Part shown: piece after piece, positions 33,578-43,691 of the stretch
How positions within the stretch are numbered: the stretch's first letter is position 1
How the letters are laid out: each line of letters opens with the position of its first letter
From: Nitrospirota bacterium
GTDB taxonomy: Bacteria > Nitrospirota > Nitrospiria > Nitrospirales > Nitrospiraceae
DNA length: 64,000 nucleotides
Reading direction: 5' to 3'
Assembly: GCA_963701855.1 (NCBI GenBank)
Contig: CAVPBK010000003.1
Span: 128,001 to 192,000 of the forward strand
Position numbers and translations under genes: made by a program
The notes under the pieces: generated by a model
Told to the model about the DNA's origin: nothing
The model's database searches: none
Seen by the model: the letters and a program-made list of their open reading frames with translations, nothing else

Positions 33578-33868
33578 TTATGAAGGTGTTCCTTCCGTTT
33601 TGTTGGCGTGGCTATTTGAACGGGACTCCGGCGACGGTGTGTTGAGAACCCGCTCGGCATATGTCGCCGCCTCTTCCAAGGTCTGAAAACGCCCTTCGCT
33701 CATGAAGTTCTGTACCATGGGCACGATGCGTGGGTCGTGTTGTTCTTTAGCCCACTTGGCGAATGCGATCTTCTTGTCCGCCTCCTCCTGGTCACGGCCC
33801 CTGATCTTGTGCAGGGTTCGGACAAGCCAGATCAAGAAGATGCCGACGCCAATATAGATGAGTTCCAT
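33578..33868 (-). CDS. Small membrane-anchored hypothetical protein
   Basis: RBS AAGGAGG; MELIYIGVGIFLIWLV. Confidence 0.65.
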   Translation of the reverse strand: MELIYIGVGIFLIWLVRTLHKIRGRDQEEADKKIAFAKWAKEQHDPRIVPMVQNFMSEGRFQTLEEAATYAERVLNTPSPESRSNSHANKTEGTPS

Positions 33869-33919
33869 ACTTGCCCCCTCCTTTCTCTCTGCTCTCGAAG
33901 AAGGCTCCTTGGAATCTTG

Positions 33920-34032
33920 ACGGCGCATTGCACGGGGAAGCGATAGTAGGGACGAACTGCAAAGGGCATGGGGGCCTCGCTGGGAGACGTATTGTAGGAG
34001 GGATGCGAATGATGGCGCAAGGGCCGAGTAGG
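33920..34032 (-). repeat. Promoter/leader module copy B
   Basis: TTGCGC-N18-TACAAT, GAGG, ATG CCC TTT (MPFAVRPYYRFPVQCAV). Confidence 0.85.
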
Positions 34033-34104
34033 ACAAATGATGATATTTTTATCGTTTGCAGTAGCAACTATGTGAAAGGGGCAGGAAATAGATCATGGTA
34101 AATG

Positions 34105-35024
34105 CTAAGCGGGGTCGTTCCCTTCGTTTCCCTCGCCCTGCGTTGTGGTTTCAGCTGCATCTCCGGCAGGTTGTTGTTGAGCGATGTTATGTAGAAAGTA
34201 TTGTCCAAATGCATTCAATGACAGAGGGCTATTGGCTGAGTTATTGAAACCCTCGTAGAGTACTGAGCGAAGGGTTGGAATCGGTCTAATATTTAAGATC
34301 GCCCCTTCGGAAGACTCAATTATCCTGTTTTCCTCCTGTTGTTCCTTCTCGGTCACGATAACATTGAAATCCTTTAATACCGGGGTTAGCTTCCGGTAGA
34401 GTGATATTCTAGGGTCTTTACCAACTCGGTCTAAAAATTCACGCTTAAGATGATCATTGAGGTATCCATTTTCATCAGAAAACTGCCCGTAGTCATGGTC
34501 TCTAGAGACAATAGCGATGTTGCTTTTTGCTGTTTTGGCGCAGTAAATAATCTACTCCCAATTCACTGCGTCTCCCATAGATGTGTCATCGGGTTTTCTA
34601 GGTGGATACCCTAGTCGATGGCGCGTCAGTGCCGATTCTTGTATCTCCTTCCAACCAGCATGGCCCTGTCCATAGTAATGTGTGCCTTTCCTGTTAAAAA
34701 CTTCTTGAAAAACCTTATAGACGGGGTCATAGGTATCTGGCTCTTTCAGTATAAAGGCAATTTTTTCTGAAGCTTTTTGAACAGGAGTTGCGCTTCTTTG
34801 AGCTGCCTTTCAAGGTCATCCGTTTCATTGCTGGTTAAGAACGCAGGAATTGAAATGCTCTGCGGGGGTGTTAAATTTTTCGCAGATGTCAAAAGCACCC
34901 CTTGACGATTCTTCCTAAACTCCATCTCTACCTGGTCGGTTGCAACAATAAACTTTGACAACTTCTGGAGATGTTTCAGAAGCGAGAGCCCTGCCTCGTT
35001 GTTAGACCTGTAAAAATCCAACCA
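34105..35024 (-). pseudogene. PIN-like (DUF4935-type) domain pseudogene
   Basis: LDFYR...EFRKNR / LGYPPRK.DDTSMGDAVNWE*II...IVSRDHDY; 5'-truncated, frameshift near 34746, stop at 34552-34554; visibly AT-richer. Confidence 0.75.
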
Positions 35025-35026
35025 TA

Positions 35027-36057
35027 AAGCTGGCGAGTGGAGGAGGTGGGCAGCTGAAACGCTGGAAGGTCGGCTCGCTCAACAAGACAGTCGCCAAGCA
35101 ACAGGAGGCGATTCTGAAGACCAAACTTTTATCTGGTCAAATCAGTAGCCCCACCAAAGAGAAGGCTGATTCCGTGACCTTTCAACAATGGGCGCACCAA
35201 TACCTTGACCTCGAACAGGTGAAGAAGTTGAAGAGCTATCGCATGCGACGGGATCACGTTCGCAACTTGGGGCAATTATACCGGAGGACGTGCGCAAGTA
35301 CCGCCAGCAGCGTGTAGGACCCAAGGGGAAGCCCGTAGCGGTTCAAACGATCAACCACGATCATACGGTCTTGGTTCATATGTTGAATATCGCCAGAAGC
35401 CCACAGTTCGCTCTGATTAAAGATAACCCTGCGGCACATGTACCGAAGCCCAACCCTCAGAATGAGCGAGATCGCATCATCGGTGGAGAAGAATGGAATC
35501 GGTTGCTAGGGAAAGCAGCCCCCATCTGCAACGAATTTTGATTGTGCTCTACACTCTGGGTCCTCGACGTGGCGAACTCTTAGGCTTGGAATGGCCAGAT
35601 GTTGATATGCAACACAGAGAGTTTACGTTGCGGCACACAAAAAACGGGGAGTCGCGGACAGTACTTATGACCCCAGAAGTGCATCGGGTCTTTACCGAGC
35701 TATGGCAGGAGCGACGACTGGACACCCACAGGGTCTTCCTGTACAAAGACAAGCCAATTGGGATGTCAAAACCGCCTTTTACAAGGCATGTCGTCGGGCG
35801 GGGATCACTAAGCTGCGGCTGCACGATCTCCGACATTCGGCATGTACGAATCTGCGGCGAACTGGGGTGGACGCGACGACCGCCATGAAGATTGTAGGAC
35901 ACAAGTCAGAACACATGTACCGGCGGTATAATACGGTCGAGCCGGAAGACCTGCGCCGAGCGGTGTCGCAGCTTGTGTCGTACCAGGCTAACACGGTAAT
36001 AACACCTGACACCTTGGCATCAGGTGGTGAAACTGTAAGTCCTTGTCTTTCCAATGT

Positions 36058-36067
<10 letters not shown>
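35027..36067 (+). pseudogene. Tyrosine recombinase/integrase with multiple frameshifts, 5'-truncated
   Basis: GPRRGELL, TKNG, LHDLRH, GHKS, RRYN spread across three frames. Confidence 0.9.
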
Positions 36068-36134
<67 letters not shown>

Positions 36135-36136
36135 TA

Positions 36137-36149
36137 AATCAACAGCTTA
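36137..36149 (+). promoter_or_regulatory. IHF-consensus site
   Basis: AATCAACAGCTTA matches WATCAANNNNTTR. Confidence 0.5.
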
Positions 36150-36236
36150 CGATGTTCCGCGAATCTGATATTTAGAAAAGTAGGGGCTAAGTGGGGGACT
36201 GGCTCCCCTTCCCAGAGTTTCCCGTTTGGAGTCGAA

Positions 36237-37061
36237 GTGGACGTTGGCAGCTATCTCATCACCGGCGGCTTCACACTCTTTGCTACGCTCAGTGGTGTCT
36301 TGCTCGCAAATCTTTCCCAGGCCAATAGATTGCGGACGCAGCTTGCCCACGAGCGGGAGATGAAGAACCGTGAACGAGAGATGTCATTGCGAAAGGATAT
36401 CTACCTTGAGGCCGCTGAGGCGGTGCAGGCCGGGTTGCTCGCTGTCAACCAATTCGCCAATCTCGAAACTCCTCACGAAAAGCTCATCGAGGGGTATCTC
36501 GACAAAGCTCCCTCGCTCGCCAAGGTCCATATAATCGCGAAGGAAGAAACGGTGAAAGCTCTCGTAGCGTTCACGGCTGCACTGGACACGTTATTCATTC
36601 GCCTATTCGCGAAACGAGGTCAGCTGCTCTTAGAGAAGCAGAAAATTGACGCGCTCAGAACTCAAGCCGATATCACACTCAAGGAAAACACTCGAACGCT
36701 CGAACTCATAAAGCAATACAGCCTCGATGGGCTCACTGATCAAAACAGACGGGACTGGCTCCAACGGAACTTTGACTTTGAGCAAAAACAAGGTAAGGCG
36801 GCAAATCAGGAGGCAGATTCCCTAGCTGGGACGCTATATCTCAAGCAACTTCAGCTAATGGAAAATTCCACCGACGAGAAGAACAAACTCGTGCGGCTCT
36901 TGATGCCTGTGGTTTTCTCAATTAGGAAAGAGCTAGAGCTTCCCATCGACGAGGTCGAGTACTGCAGAGTCTTGGACGCGGCAGCCTCCGAGCAGCTTAA
37001 GATTTTCAAGGAATATCTACAAGAGCAGCGTGCCGCCTGTTCTAAAGTGCTGTCTTCGTAG
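36237..37061 (+). CDS. Hypothetical protein (N-terminal TM plus coiled coil)
   Basis: 274-aa ORF; GGAG upstream. Confidence 0.7.
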   Translation: MDVGSYLITGGFTLFATLSGVLLANLSQANRLRTQLAHEREMKNREREMSLRKDIYLEAAEAVQAGLLAVNQFANLETPHEKLIEGYLDKAPSLAKVHIIAKEETVKALVAFTAALDTLFIRLFAKRGQLLLEKQKIDALRTQADITLKENTRTLELIKQYSLDGLTDQNRRDWLQRNFDFEQKQGKAANQEADSLAGTLYLKQLQLMENSTDEKNKLVRLLMPVVFSIRKELELPIDEVEYCRVLDAAASEQLKIFKEYLQEQRAACSKVLSS

Positions 37062-37373
37062 TCACTGGAACGAGGTCTCCAGTCTCACCCCATCCTCATC
37101 GACGAGCTGGATGTGCTGGATTCTCTCGCGCAGGCTCAGCCCGTGGGCGCACTGTCGCGCTTCGGCTTCGGTCGGAAATCGGGCGACGCATTCGCGTCCG
37201 TCGTCGGTCCAGCGGAAGTTCATGGTGCATTATTATACCGTAATTGAAGTACACTAGTAAACAGCGTGCACGCGGTGCAGGTCTTGAACTTTCGAGGATA
37301 GGCGCGCAGGATACAGGAAACGGCCAGCAGCCCATGGCCAGATCGACGTGAAGTGGACTGGGGAGGAGTAACA

Positions 37374-37601
37374 ATGCTCAAGGCGAACATTGAAATCAAA
37401 CTCAATGACGACGGAGACCGGTGGTATGTCGAAGCCTGCTCTGCGAACATCGATAATGAGGACCTCAAGCTTCTGCCTTCAGGAGAACTCTTTCCGACTA
37501 AAGATGCGGGTATTACGGAAATGAAGCGGCGCGTCATGGCATGGTTTGAAGAAAGAGGCCGGAAGGAGACGAAAGAAAAGGTGGAATGGCGAGTCCCGTG
37601 A
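37374..37601 (+). CDS. Hypothetical protein
   Basis: RBS GGAGGAG; MLKANIEIK. Confidence 0.6.
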   Translation: MLKANIEIKLNDDGDRWYVEACSANIDNEDLKLLPSGELFPTKDAGITEMKRRVMAWFEERGRKETKEKVEWRVP

Positions 37602-37831
37602 CCTAAGGATGCTCACCCCAATGTCAGAACCCCTTAAACGAATTTTTGACGACCCGCGAACAGCCCCTGCACGAATTTAGCGTGGCCTGATTTCTAGTGC
37701 CGAATCTGGGGCGCTTTGCCAACGAACTGGCTGTATACCACCGCTGCACCCGCTTACATTCGACCTGTAAGAATTAATTCCGGTTAGTCGCCCAGCGTTA
37801 AGCCATATGATCTTCAGCCGCGACAGTTCCG

Positions 37832-38548
37832 CTATTCCTCCGGCGGCTCGCACGTGAAGTCGACCCGCATCATGCAAGCCCGCCAGGCGAACTTCTTGGC
37901 CCAGTAGGTATAGGCCGCTTCGACATCGTCCCAGCGATGCAGCGACTTCCAGGCATATTTGCCGCCTCCCCGGCGATCAACTGCTGCGGCCAGCAGTTCA
38001 CCGGTCTGACTGTCGGTCGCTTCCGCTTCAATCGTCGCCTTGCCGACAAACGGCTGAATGCCGCCGAAAGATTTCTTCCCATCGGATAACACCATGGAGA
38101 CCGGGGCGGTGAGATTATCCAGCACCGGAATGTTTTTGCCGGCTTCGGTAATGCCGACACGCAGTCGCATCACGCCAGGCCCTGGCTCCTGCACCATCAT
38201 ATAGTCCTTGCGGAATTCTTCATCGAGTCGTGACCAGAGGAATTGGGACAGGTAGTGGGCATCCTCTTTATCCAGATCCTTCGCATCAGACTTTTCCCCA
38301 CGCCAGACCTGCACCGGCTCCACCAAGACCTTCGTGTAGGATTTGAACTTGGCCCTGTCCAGCGTAAAGTACACCAGCGTCGAGTCAGTCTCGTTCGCCG
38401 CTGCATGGAGCTTCGAATAGTCTTTCAGGAACCCGGATGGTTCGGCCTTATCCCAATAACCGGTGGCATGCTCCGAATGCGCGCAGCCAGCAAGAGCCGC
38501 GATGCAGATGGTACCCATCAGCCAGAATCGCTTTGTACCCATTACCAT
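37832..38548 (-). CDS. DUF3313 family lipoprotein
   Basis: Lipobox LAGC; SGFLKDYSKL; EAEATDSQTGELLAAAVDRR. Confidence 0.85.
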   Translation of the reverse strand: MVMGTKRFWLMGTICIAALAGCAHSEHATGYWDKAEPSGFLKDYSKLHAAANETDSTLVYFTLDRAKFKSYTKVLVEPVQVWRGEKSDAKDLDKEDAHYLSQFLWSRLDEEFRKDYMMVQEPGPGVMRLRVGITEAGKNIPVLDNLTAPVSMVLSDGKKSFGGIQPFVGKATIEAEATDSQTGELLAAAVDRRGGGKYAWKSLHRWDDVEAAYTYWAKKFAWRACMMRVDFTCEPPEE

Positions 38549-38799
38549 CCTCCATATCTAGGGTAATCACAAAAAGGAACATCAGGGGGAGAGTGGGAGC
38601 AGAAAATTAACTGACTATTCTTATGTTTTCAAGCGAAACCTTAGACCGACATTCAATTGGAACCAGGTCGCGCATACTGACCTAGCCCCCTTAAACAGCT
38701 CTAGATCCTACGTTAGGGTCGGGCCGAAAGGAGGGGCGTATATCACGTTTGCGGCAGATCGTCGAATAGACCCTCGCCAAATTGCGTGAAGCTTCGGTC

Positions 38800-38985
38800 G
38801 CACTGCCCGATGGCACCAATGTCAATTACGCGCTGATTAAAGAGCGTTGGTGTTGGTGGTATCGGAAATATGCCCCGCTGGATACGATGCTGAAAGGACT
38901 AGAGAAAGAAGCAAGAGAGGCAATGAAAGGGTCGTGGAATGATCCGCAGTCGGCGCCGCAATGGGAGTGGCGAAAGCGCAAATAG
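38800..38985 (+). pseudogene. Thermonuclease C-terminal remnant
   Basis: LPDGTNVNYALIKERWCWWYRKYAP..LEKEAREA.KG.W.DP...PQWEWRK. Confidence 0.8.
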
Positions 38986-39256
38986 CTGATATCGATTCCC
39001 AGGAAATGCCAATAGGGCTGTGTTCACAAAATCTGCAAGAACTCCGGCTCTCAAGCCCTCGAAATTCAAGCTTGCCATAACTAGCATTTCGGTGTTCCTA
39101 AATCAGATGCTAAATGGACGGGCGGGTGAGTGCTCGTGCGCGGGACACAGCACACTGTGTTACGGATCGCATCTCCAATAACAATCACAAGTTTGTTCAC
39201 CGACCTGCGGAGGGGAAACCTGTTTCCATCATCGTGCAGGTTTATTACAACATTGT

Positions 39257-39487
39257 CTACGGTTCGGGCAGAGACTCACTCAGCTCTACCGGGACCGTTG
39301 CTGGGAGGTCGTCGCCTTGGTAAGAAAGTTGAATGCCGCCGATCCCGATGATCAGTGCACAGAAGGCCAATAGGATAAAAAATGTAAGCGGGAACGCTCG
39401 CTGATTGGTGAACGCGCCGGACACATAGAGGTAACAAGCGATGAGTCCCAGCGGGAGAAAAAACATCGTGGTGATAAAGATATTCAT
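39257..39487 (-). CDS. Small two-TM hypothetical protein
   Basis: Two hydrophobic segments; weak RBS. Confidence 0.4.
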   Translation of the reverse strand: MNIFITTMFFLPLGLIACYLYVSGAFTNQRAFPLTFFILLAFCALIIGIGGIQLSYQGDDLPATVPVELSESLPEP

Positions 39488-39762
39488 TCTGGTGGACTTT
39501 CCCTGGCATCATAAAAATCGGGATACGAACTGTTTCAACATCCAGCAAGCCACATGCCTAATCTAAAATGCACGTGTCCTCGGTCGCAACCTGCCATTTT
39601 TCCAAGAATTTCTCCTGTCTGGAAGCGGCTCCACAAGGATGGAGCGCGGTCCGCATGCATCGAAAATGATTCAGTGCTGAATCAGATTTGATTTACCGCA
39701 ACGAATCGAATAGACCGGCTAAGGGTGTGCATACAGGAGGCAGAACCAGTGGAGCCGTGCGC

Positions 39763-39830
39763 AAGGAAGGCACGCTCCAGACGTATGGAAGGACTAGTAC
39801 GGGCACATCCGTGCCGATGTAACTCTGCTG
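39763..39830 (+). pseudogene. Thermonuclease internal remnant
   Basis: KEGTLQTYG / KD*YGHIRADVTLL matches KEVTIQAQSKDK*RRTLADVLL of the 31284-31753 copy. Confidence 0.5.
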
Positions 39831-40397
39831 AACTTGAACCGTGGAAGGAATAGCTCCATGGTACCTGTGCCAGTTGGATTGTTCGCTGTGCTCTTGATGG
39901 TCAGACCGCCTTCGTGCTGCTGATCCGCACCGCGGCGCTAGAGGCTAGAGGGAGAGACTGTGTTACTGTCGTTGCGCCAGATCGCGCCGTCCGGGTTCTT
40001 GCCCCAGGCCTTTACCTTGGATTGATCGGAGGGCTGTCATTCATGATTGCCTGGGGAAGCAATGCCTGTTCGCTTCCCTGGGTTCGTGAGACAACTTTTT
40101 CAGGGTATTGGTCTCGCCATGGCCCTGGTATTAGCGCCTACTTCAGCGTTCGCACGAGGATTCTTATTGCATAGCCGTCAATGATGGCGTGCAAGTCCTG
40201 CTTGGTGCAGAGGCCCTTCCGTTCCAGCACCTCCACAATCGAAGCCATCGCCCACCTATTGGAGATGGTTGCTTCTTCGATGGGCATGCTTTCGCTTGTG
40301 GGATAGTCGTCGTTAAGTTCGATTTTGGTTTCCACTCTCGCAACGGCATCTGTGAGCTGGCCAAGCAAAGTCGAGCGAGGTGAATCAACTCGTTTGT

Positions 40398-40736
40398 TTA
40401 ACGATTCGGATTTGCCACGCACACAACTTTATTTGCAAATGCAGGAGTGTTTATGGATGCAGCCATACGGCATGCCGGCGCGTCATCATAGATACATTCT
40501 GCACCCCGGGGGGTAACAAGACAAAATGGTGCTGTACCTGAAGGAGCCTTGTCTTCCTTTTGATTTTTTTCACATCCGCCATCACTGCCTGCAGCTCGAA
40601 GACATTCATCGATGTCTTTGTAATCACATGATGTTCCCCAAGTAAAAACGGCACAGTAAGGGCCTGCAATGGCACCGCTGGTAGTAAGAGCCAATAAAAG
40701 GGAACTGGTTATTATTATCTTCGTGCGCATATACAT
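40398..40736 (-). CDS. Secreted Cys-rich protein with two DUF3551-like repeats
   Basis: Signal peptide; PYC-x8-C.Y....C and PFC-x8-C.Y....C. Confidence 0.7.
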   Translation of the reverse strand: MYMRTKIIITSSLLLALTTSGAIAGPYCAVFTWGTSCDYKDIDECLRAAGSDGGCEKNQKEDKAPSGTAPFCLVTPRGAECIYDDAPACRMAASINTPAFANKVVCVANPNR

Positions 40737-40755
40737 CTCTTTCCTAAGTCTCTGC

Positions 40756-40847
40756 CGGCAATAGGGACGAGTCAAGAAGGGCGTCGGGGCCTTGCAGGTT
40801 GAGCCAGTGTAGAAGGCGAAGGAGCAAACCGCAAGGCCGACCGTAGG
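40756..40847 (-). repeat. Promoter/leader module copy C
   Basis: TTGCGG-N17-TACACT; ACG CCC TTC TTG ACT CGT CCC TAT TGC CGG (start codon mutated). Confidence 0.7.
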
Positions 40848-41059
40848 GAGATGTCAAGGCTCTCAGGTGGGTGTCGGAGGACGCGCGCGCGTTCTTGACT
40901 GAAGTCGATCTGACCGTGTCGGATTAGGAGAGGGCGAGAAGTCGATTGAATATTACGGCTGGTGAATAAGCTGAGGTTTCCCCTTGCACTTCGTCTAGGA
41001 AGAACAGTAACGTATCGCGATAGCGAGTCGATTCATTGGCTTGAATAAGGGAGGTCACT

Positions 41060-41695
41060 ATGGCTATACGACTAGGAGATGAGGCGCCGAACTTTACGGC
41101 AGAGACTACTGAAGGGACCGTCAACTTTCACGAATGGTTGGGCGGCGGGTGGGGGATTCTCTTCTCGCATCCTAAAGACTATACCCCTGTCTGCACGACC
41201 GAGTTGGGAACCGTTGCCAAAATTACGCCGGATTTCAAGAAGCGGGGTGTGAAAGTTATCGCCGTCAGCGTCGATCCGTTAGATTCGCACAAGGGGTGGA
41301 TCAACGACATCAATGAGACGCAAAAGACGACGATGAACTATCCAATTATTGCAGATCCTGACAAGAAGGTTGCGACTCTATACGATATGATTCATCCGAA
41401 CGCGATGGACAACATGACGGTCCGTTCAGTATTCATCATCGGCCCGGATAAAAAGGTAAAGCTAACATTGACCTATCCTGCTTCATGTGGTCGAAACTTC
41501 GATGAATTACTGCGCGTAATTGACTCTCTTCAGCTGACCTCGAAGTTTAAGGTCGCGACGCCTGCCAACTGGAAAGACGGGGAGGATTGCATCATCACTC
41601 CGGCTGTAAACGACGCCGAAGCAAATACACTTTTCCCCAAGGGCTTTAAGACCGTGAAGCCGTATCTTCGTTACACCCCGCAGCCGAACAAGTAG
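41060..41695 (+). CDS. 1-Cys peroxiredoxin (Prx6)
   Basis: FSHPKDYTPVCTTE, GRNFDELLR, TPANW, KPYLR. Confidence 0.95.
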   Translation: MAIRLGDEAPNFTAETTEGTVNFHEWLGGGWGILFSHPKDYTPVCTTELGTVAKITPDFKKRGVKVIAVSVDPLDSHKGWINDINETQKTTMNYPIIADPDKKVATLYDMIHPNAMDNMTVRSVFIIGPDKKVKLTLTYPASCGRNFDELLRVIDSLQLTSKFKVATPANWKDGEDCIITPAVNDAEANTLFPKGFKTVKPYLRYTPQPNK

Positions 41696-41714
41696 CCAAA
41701 CTGTACCGGTACTG

Positions 41715-41747
41715 AGAGCGGGAGAGACCTTGGGTCTCTCCCGCTCT
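41715..41747 (+). terminator. Strong hairpin after the peroxiredoxin gene
   Basis: AGAGCGGGAGAGACC-TTG-GGTCTCTCCCGCTCT. Confidence 0.7.
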
Positions 41748-41851
41748 TCGCTTGTCAGAGCGTGCTTCCTTCCGATCCGTGTCCATGCAGTGGACTGGAA
41801 AGAGATCGGCTGATTGCTGGAGGAAGGGAACTGTGCTAGGGTAAATGCTCA

Positions 41852-42322
41852 ATGAGACAGATATGTAACAAGCAATCATGGTCTCGGGTAGTGATCCTCT
41901 TGTGGGCGTCCATATGGATGCTCGCTGCGCCACTGGTCCATATCCATCCTGAGGCCGACCATCGCCATGGGGCGGCAGATCACAGGCATGGGGGGGCAGT
42001 TCACACTGTTTTTTCCCCGGACCTGAACTGTGAGTTCTCGGTCTATAACCATGCCTCGGTTGCACACGACGAATCCCACTGTCCGCTTCATCTGATCGCG
42101 CAACCTCCCCATGGGGCGGAGCACCTCGAAATTGATTTGGTTCTCGCGTCTTCTGCCGAGCCGCAAGTCGGCAAAGGCACCGCGCTGGATGTGGCCGCAC
42201 ATTCCTTCCACACGCTCCCCCCCGCGAGGTCTCATGTCGTTTGGCAGCCGCAACCCAGTCCTTCACTGACGAATCTGTTTCTCACGACCAGTCTGTCCTC
42301 CCGCGCTCCCCCTATCTGTTAA
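41852..42322 (+). CDS. His-rich exported protein upstream of czc (CzcI-like)
   Basis: Signal/TM, HIHPEADHRHGAADHRH, C-terminal RAPP. Confidence 0.7.
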   Translation: MRQICNKQSWSRVVILLWASIWMLAAPLVHIHPEADHRHGAADHRHGGAVHTVFSPDLNCEFSVYNHASVAHDESHCPLHLIAQPPHGAEHLEIDLVLASSAEPQVGKGTALDVAAHSFHTLPPARSHVVWQPQPSPSLTNLFLTTSLSSRAPPIC

Positions 42323-42407
42323 TCGCGTCTTTTCACATCCTCTAACGCTTCGATCTATTTCGTCGGCGCACCATGCCCGTCTCGTAGTGTGACGGAGGCG
42401 AGTTGCC

Positions 42408-43691
42408 ATGGCGCCGATGTGGAGGCCCCATATGAAACCTGTATTCATCTGTACGATCACTGTCTTGCTTGGATCGGTGATCGTGGCCGCGCCTTTTCCG
42501 GCAGGCTATGCAGCCGAGCCTAGCCCGTCCGGATACACATTGAACCAAGTCCTACAACTCGCGCTCCAACACAACCCGGTGATGAACGGCGCAGAGGCCG
42601 TCTTGGAGCAGAGCCAGAGTCAACGTGTCACGGCTGGTGCGTACCTGAATCCCACCATCTCGGGGTCAGCCGGCCGCGGGTCGATTCGCGATCCCAGCAC
42701 CAATGTCTCCATCATCGAACGTACGATCACCGTGGAGCAACCGCTGGAGTGGCTGGGCAAACGAGCCGCTCGACAACGCGCCGCTGACGCGGGATTAGCG
42801 AGCGCTCTTGCCGGGATGGACGAAACGAAAGTGGTCCTCATGGCCGACGTGAAGGCGGCGTTCTTTCAACTGCTCTTTGCCCAACAAGAGGCACAGCTCG
42901 CGAGGGAAAATCTAAAGACCGTCGACGAGCTCGTGAAATTAGTGAATGCGCGTGTCAGCACGCGGGAAGCGCCGAAATTCGAGCTGGTCAAGGCGACTGT
43001 CGAACTCCAGAAATCAAAAAAGGATCTGTCGAGGGCGGACAATGCGCTGCTCGTGGCCCGCGCCAGACTCAATACGGTCACGGGCAGGGCCCTGGGGGAG
43101 GGATTTGCCATCGAAGGAGCATTTGAACCGGTGAGGTCGGGATTGGAGCTACGCGTATTGACGGATCAGGCACTCGACCGACACCCCACACTTCGGCGAC
43201 AGCAGAGAGTGGTGGAGCAAGCCGAATTCACGATCGAAAAGGAACGGGCATCGCGCATGCCGGACGTGGCGGTGATGGGCCAGTATCATCGTGAGGCCGG
43301 CGATGAATCCGTCACGGCAGGATTGAGTGTGCCGCTGCCCCTTTGGTATCGCCGACAGGGAGAAATCGGTACGGCGATGGGCACGCATCGACGAGCGCAA
43401 GCGGAGCGAGATCGACTTCAGCAGGAGCTGGAGCAGACCATCACCCAGCATTTTCAGGAGGTGCGGACCGCGCAAGCACAGATGCAGGTTTTCGAACAAG
43501 GACTCCTGTTTCAGGCCAAAGAAGCGTTTGACATCGCCCAATTCAGTTTTCGCCATGGAGCAACCAGTCTGCTCGAAGTCATCGATGCGCAGCGTGTCTA
43601 CCGTCAGACCTTGCTCGAATATGCCCAAGCGCAAGCCGATCATTCCATTGCAATGGCCCGATTGGAACGAGCGGCGGGAGGGTTGCCATGA
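42408..43691 (+). CDS. czcC: TolC-family outer membrane factor (CzcC-like)
   Basis: OEP repeats, LSVPLPLW, GATSLLEVIDAQR. Confidence 0.85.
   Translation: MAPMWRPHMKPVFICTITVLLGSVIVAAPFPAGYAAEPSPSGYTLNQVLQLALQHNPVMNGAEAVLEQSQSQRVTAGAYLNPTISGSAGRGSIRDPSTNVSIIERTITVEQPLEWLGKRAARQRAADAGLASALAGMDETKVVLMADVKAAFFQLLFAQQEAQLARENLKTVDELVKLVNARVSTREAPKFELVKATVELQKSKKDLSRADNALLVARARLNTVTGRALGEGFAIEGAFEPVRSGLELRVLTDQALDRHPTLRRQQRVVEQAEFTIEKERASRMPDVAVMGQYHREAGDESVTAGLSVPLPLWYRRQGEIGTAMGTHRRAQAERDRLQQELEQTITQHFQEVRTAQAQMQVFEQGLLFQAKEAFDIAQFSFRHGATSLLEVIDAQRVYRQTLLEYAQAQADHSIAMARLERAAGGLP

Noticed and set aside
40138..40287. ORF fragment MPIEEATISN...VLERKGLCTKQDL as a functional gene
   Set aside because: It looks like a truncated relic, and no family can be assigned without a search.
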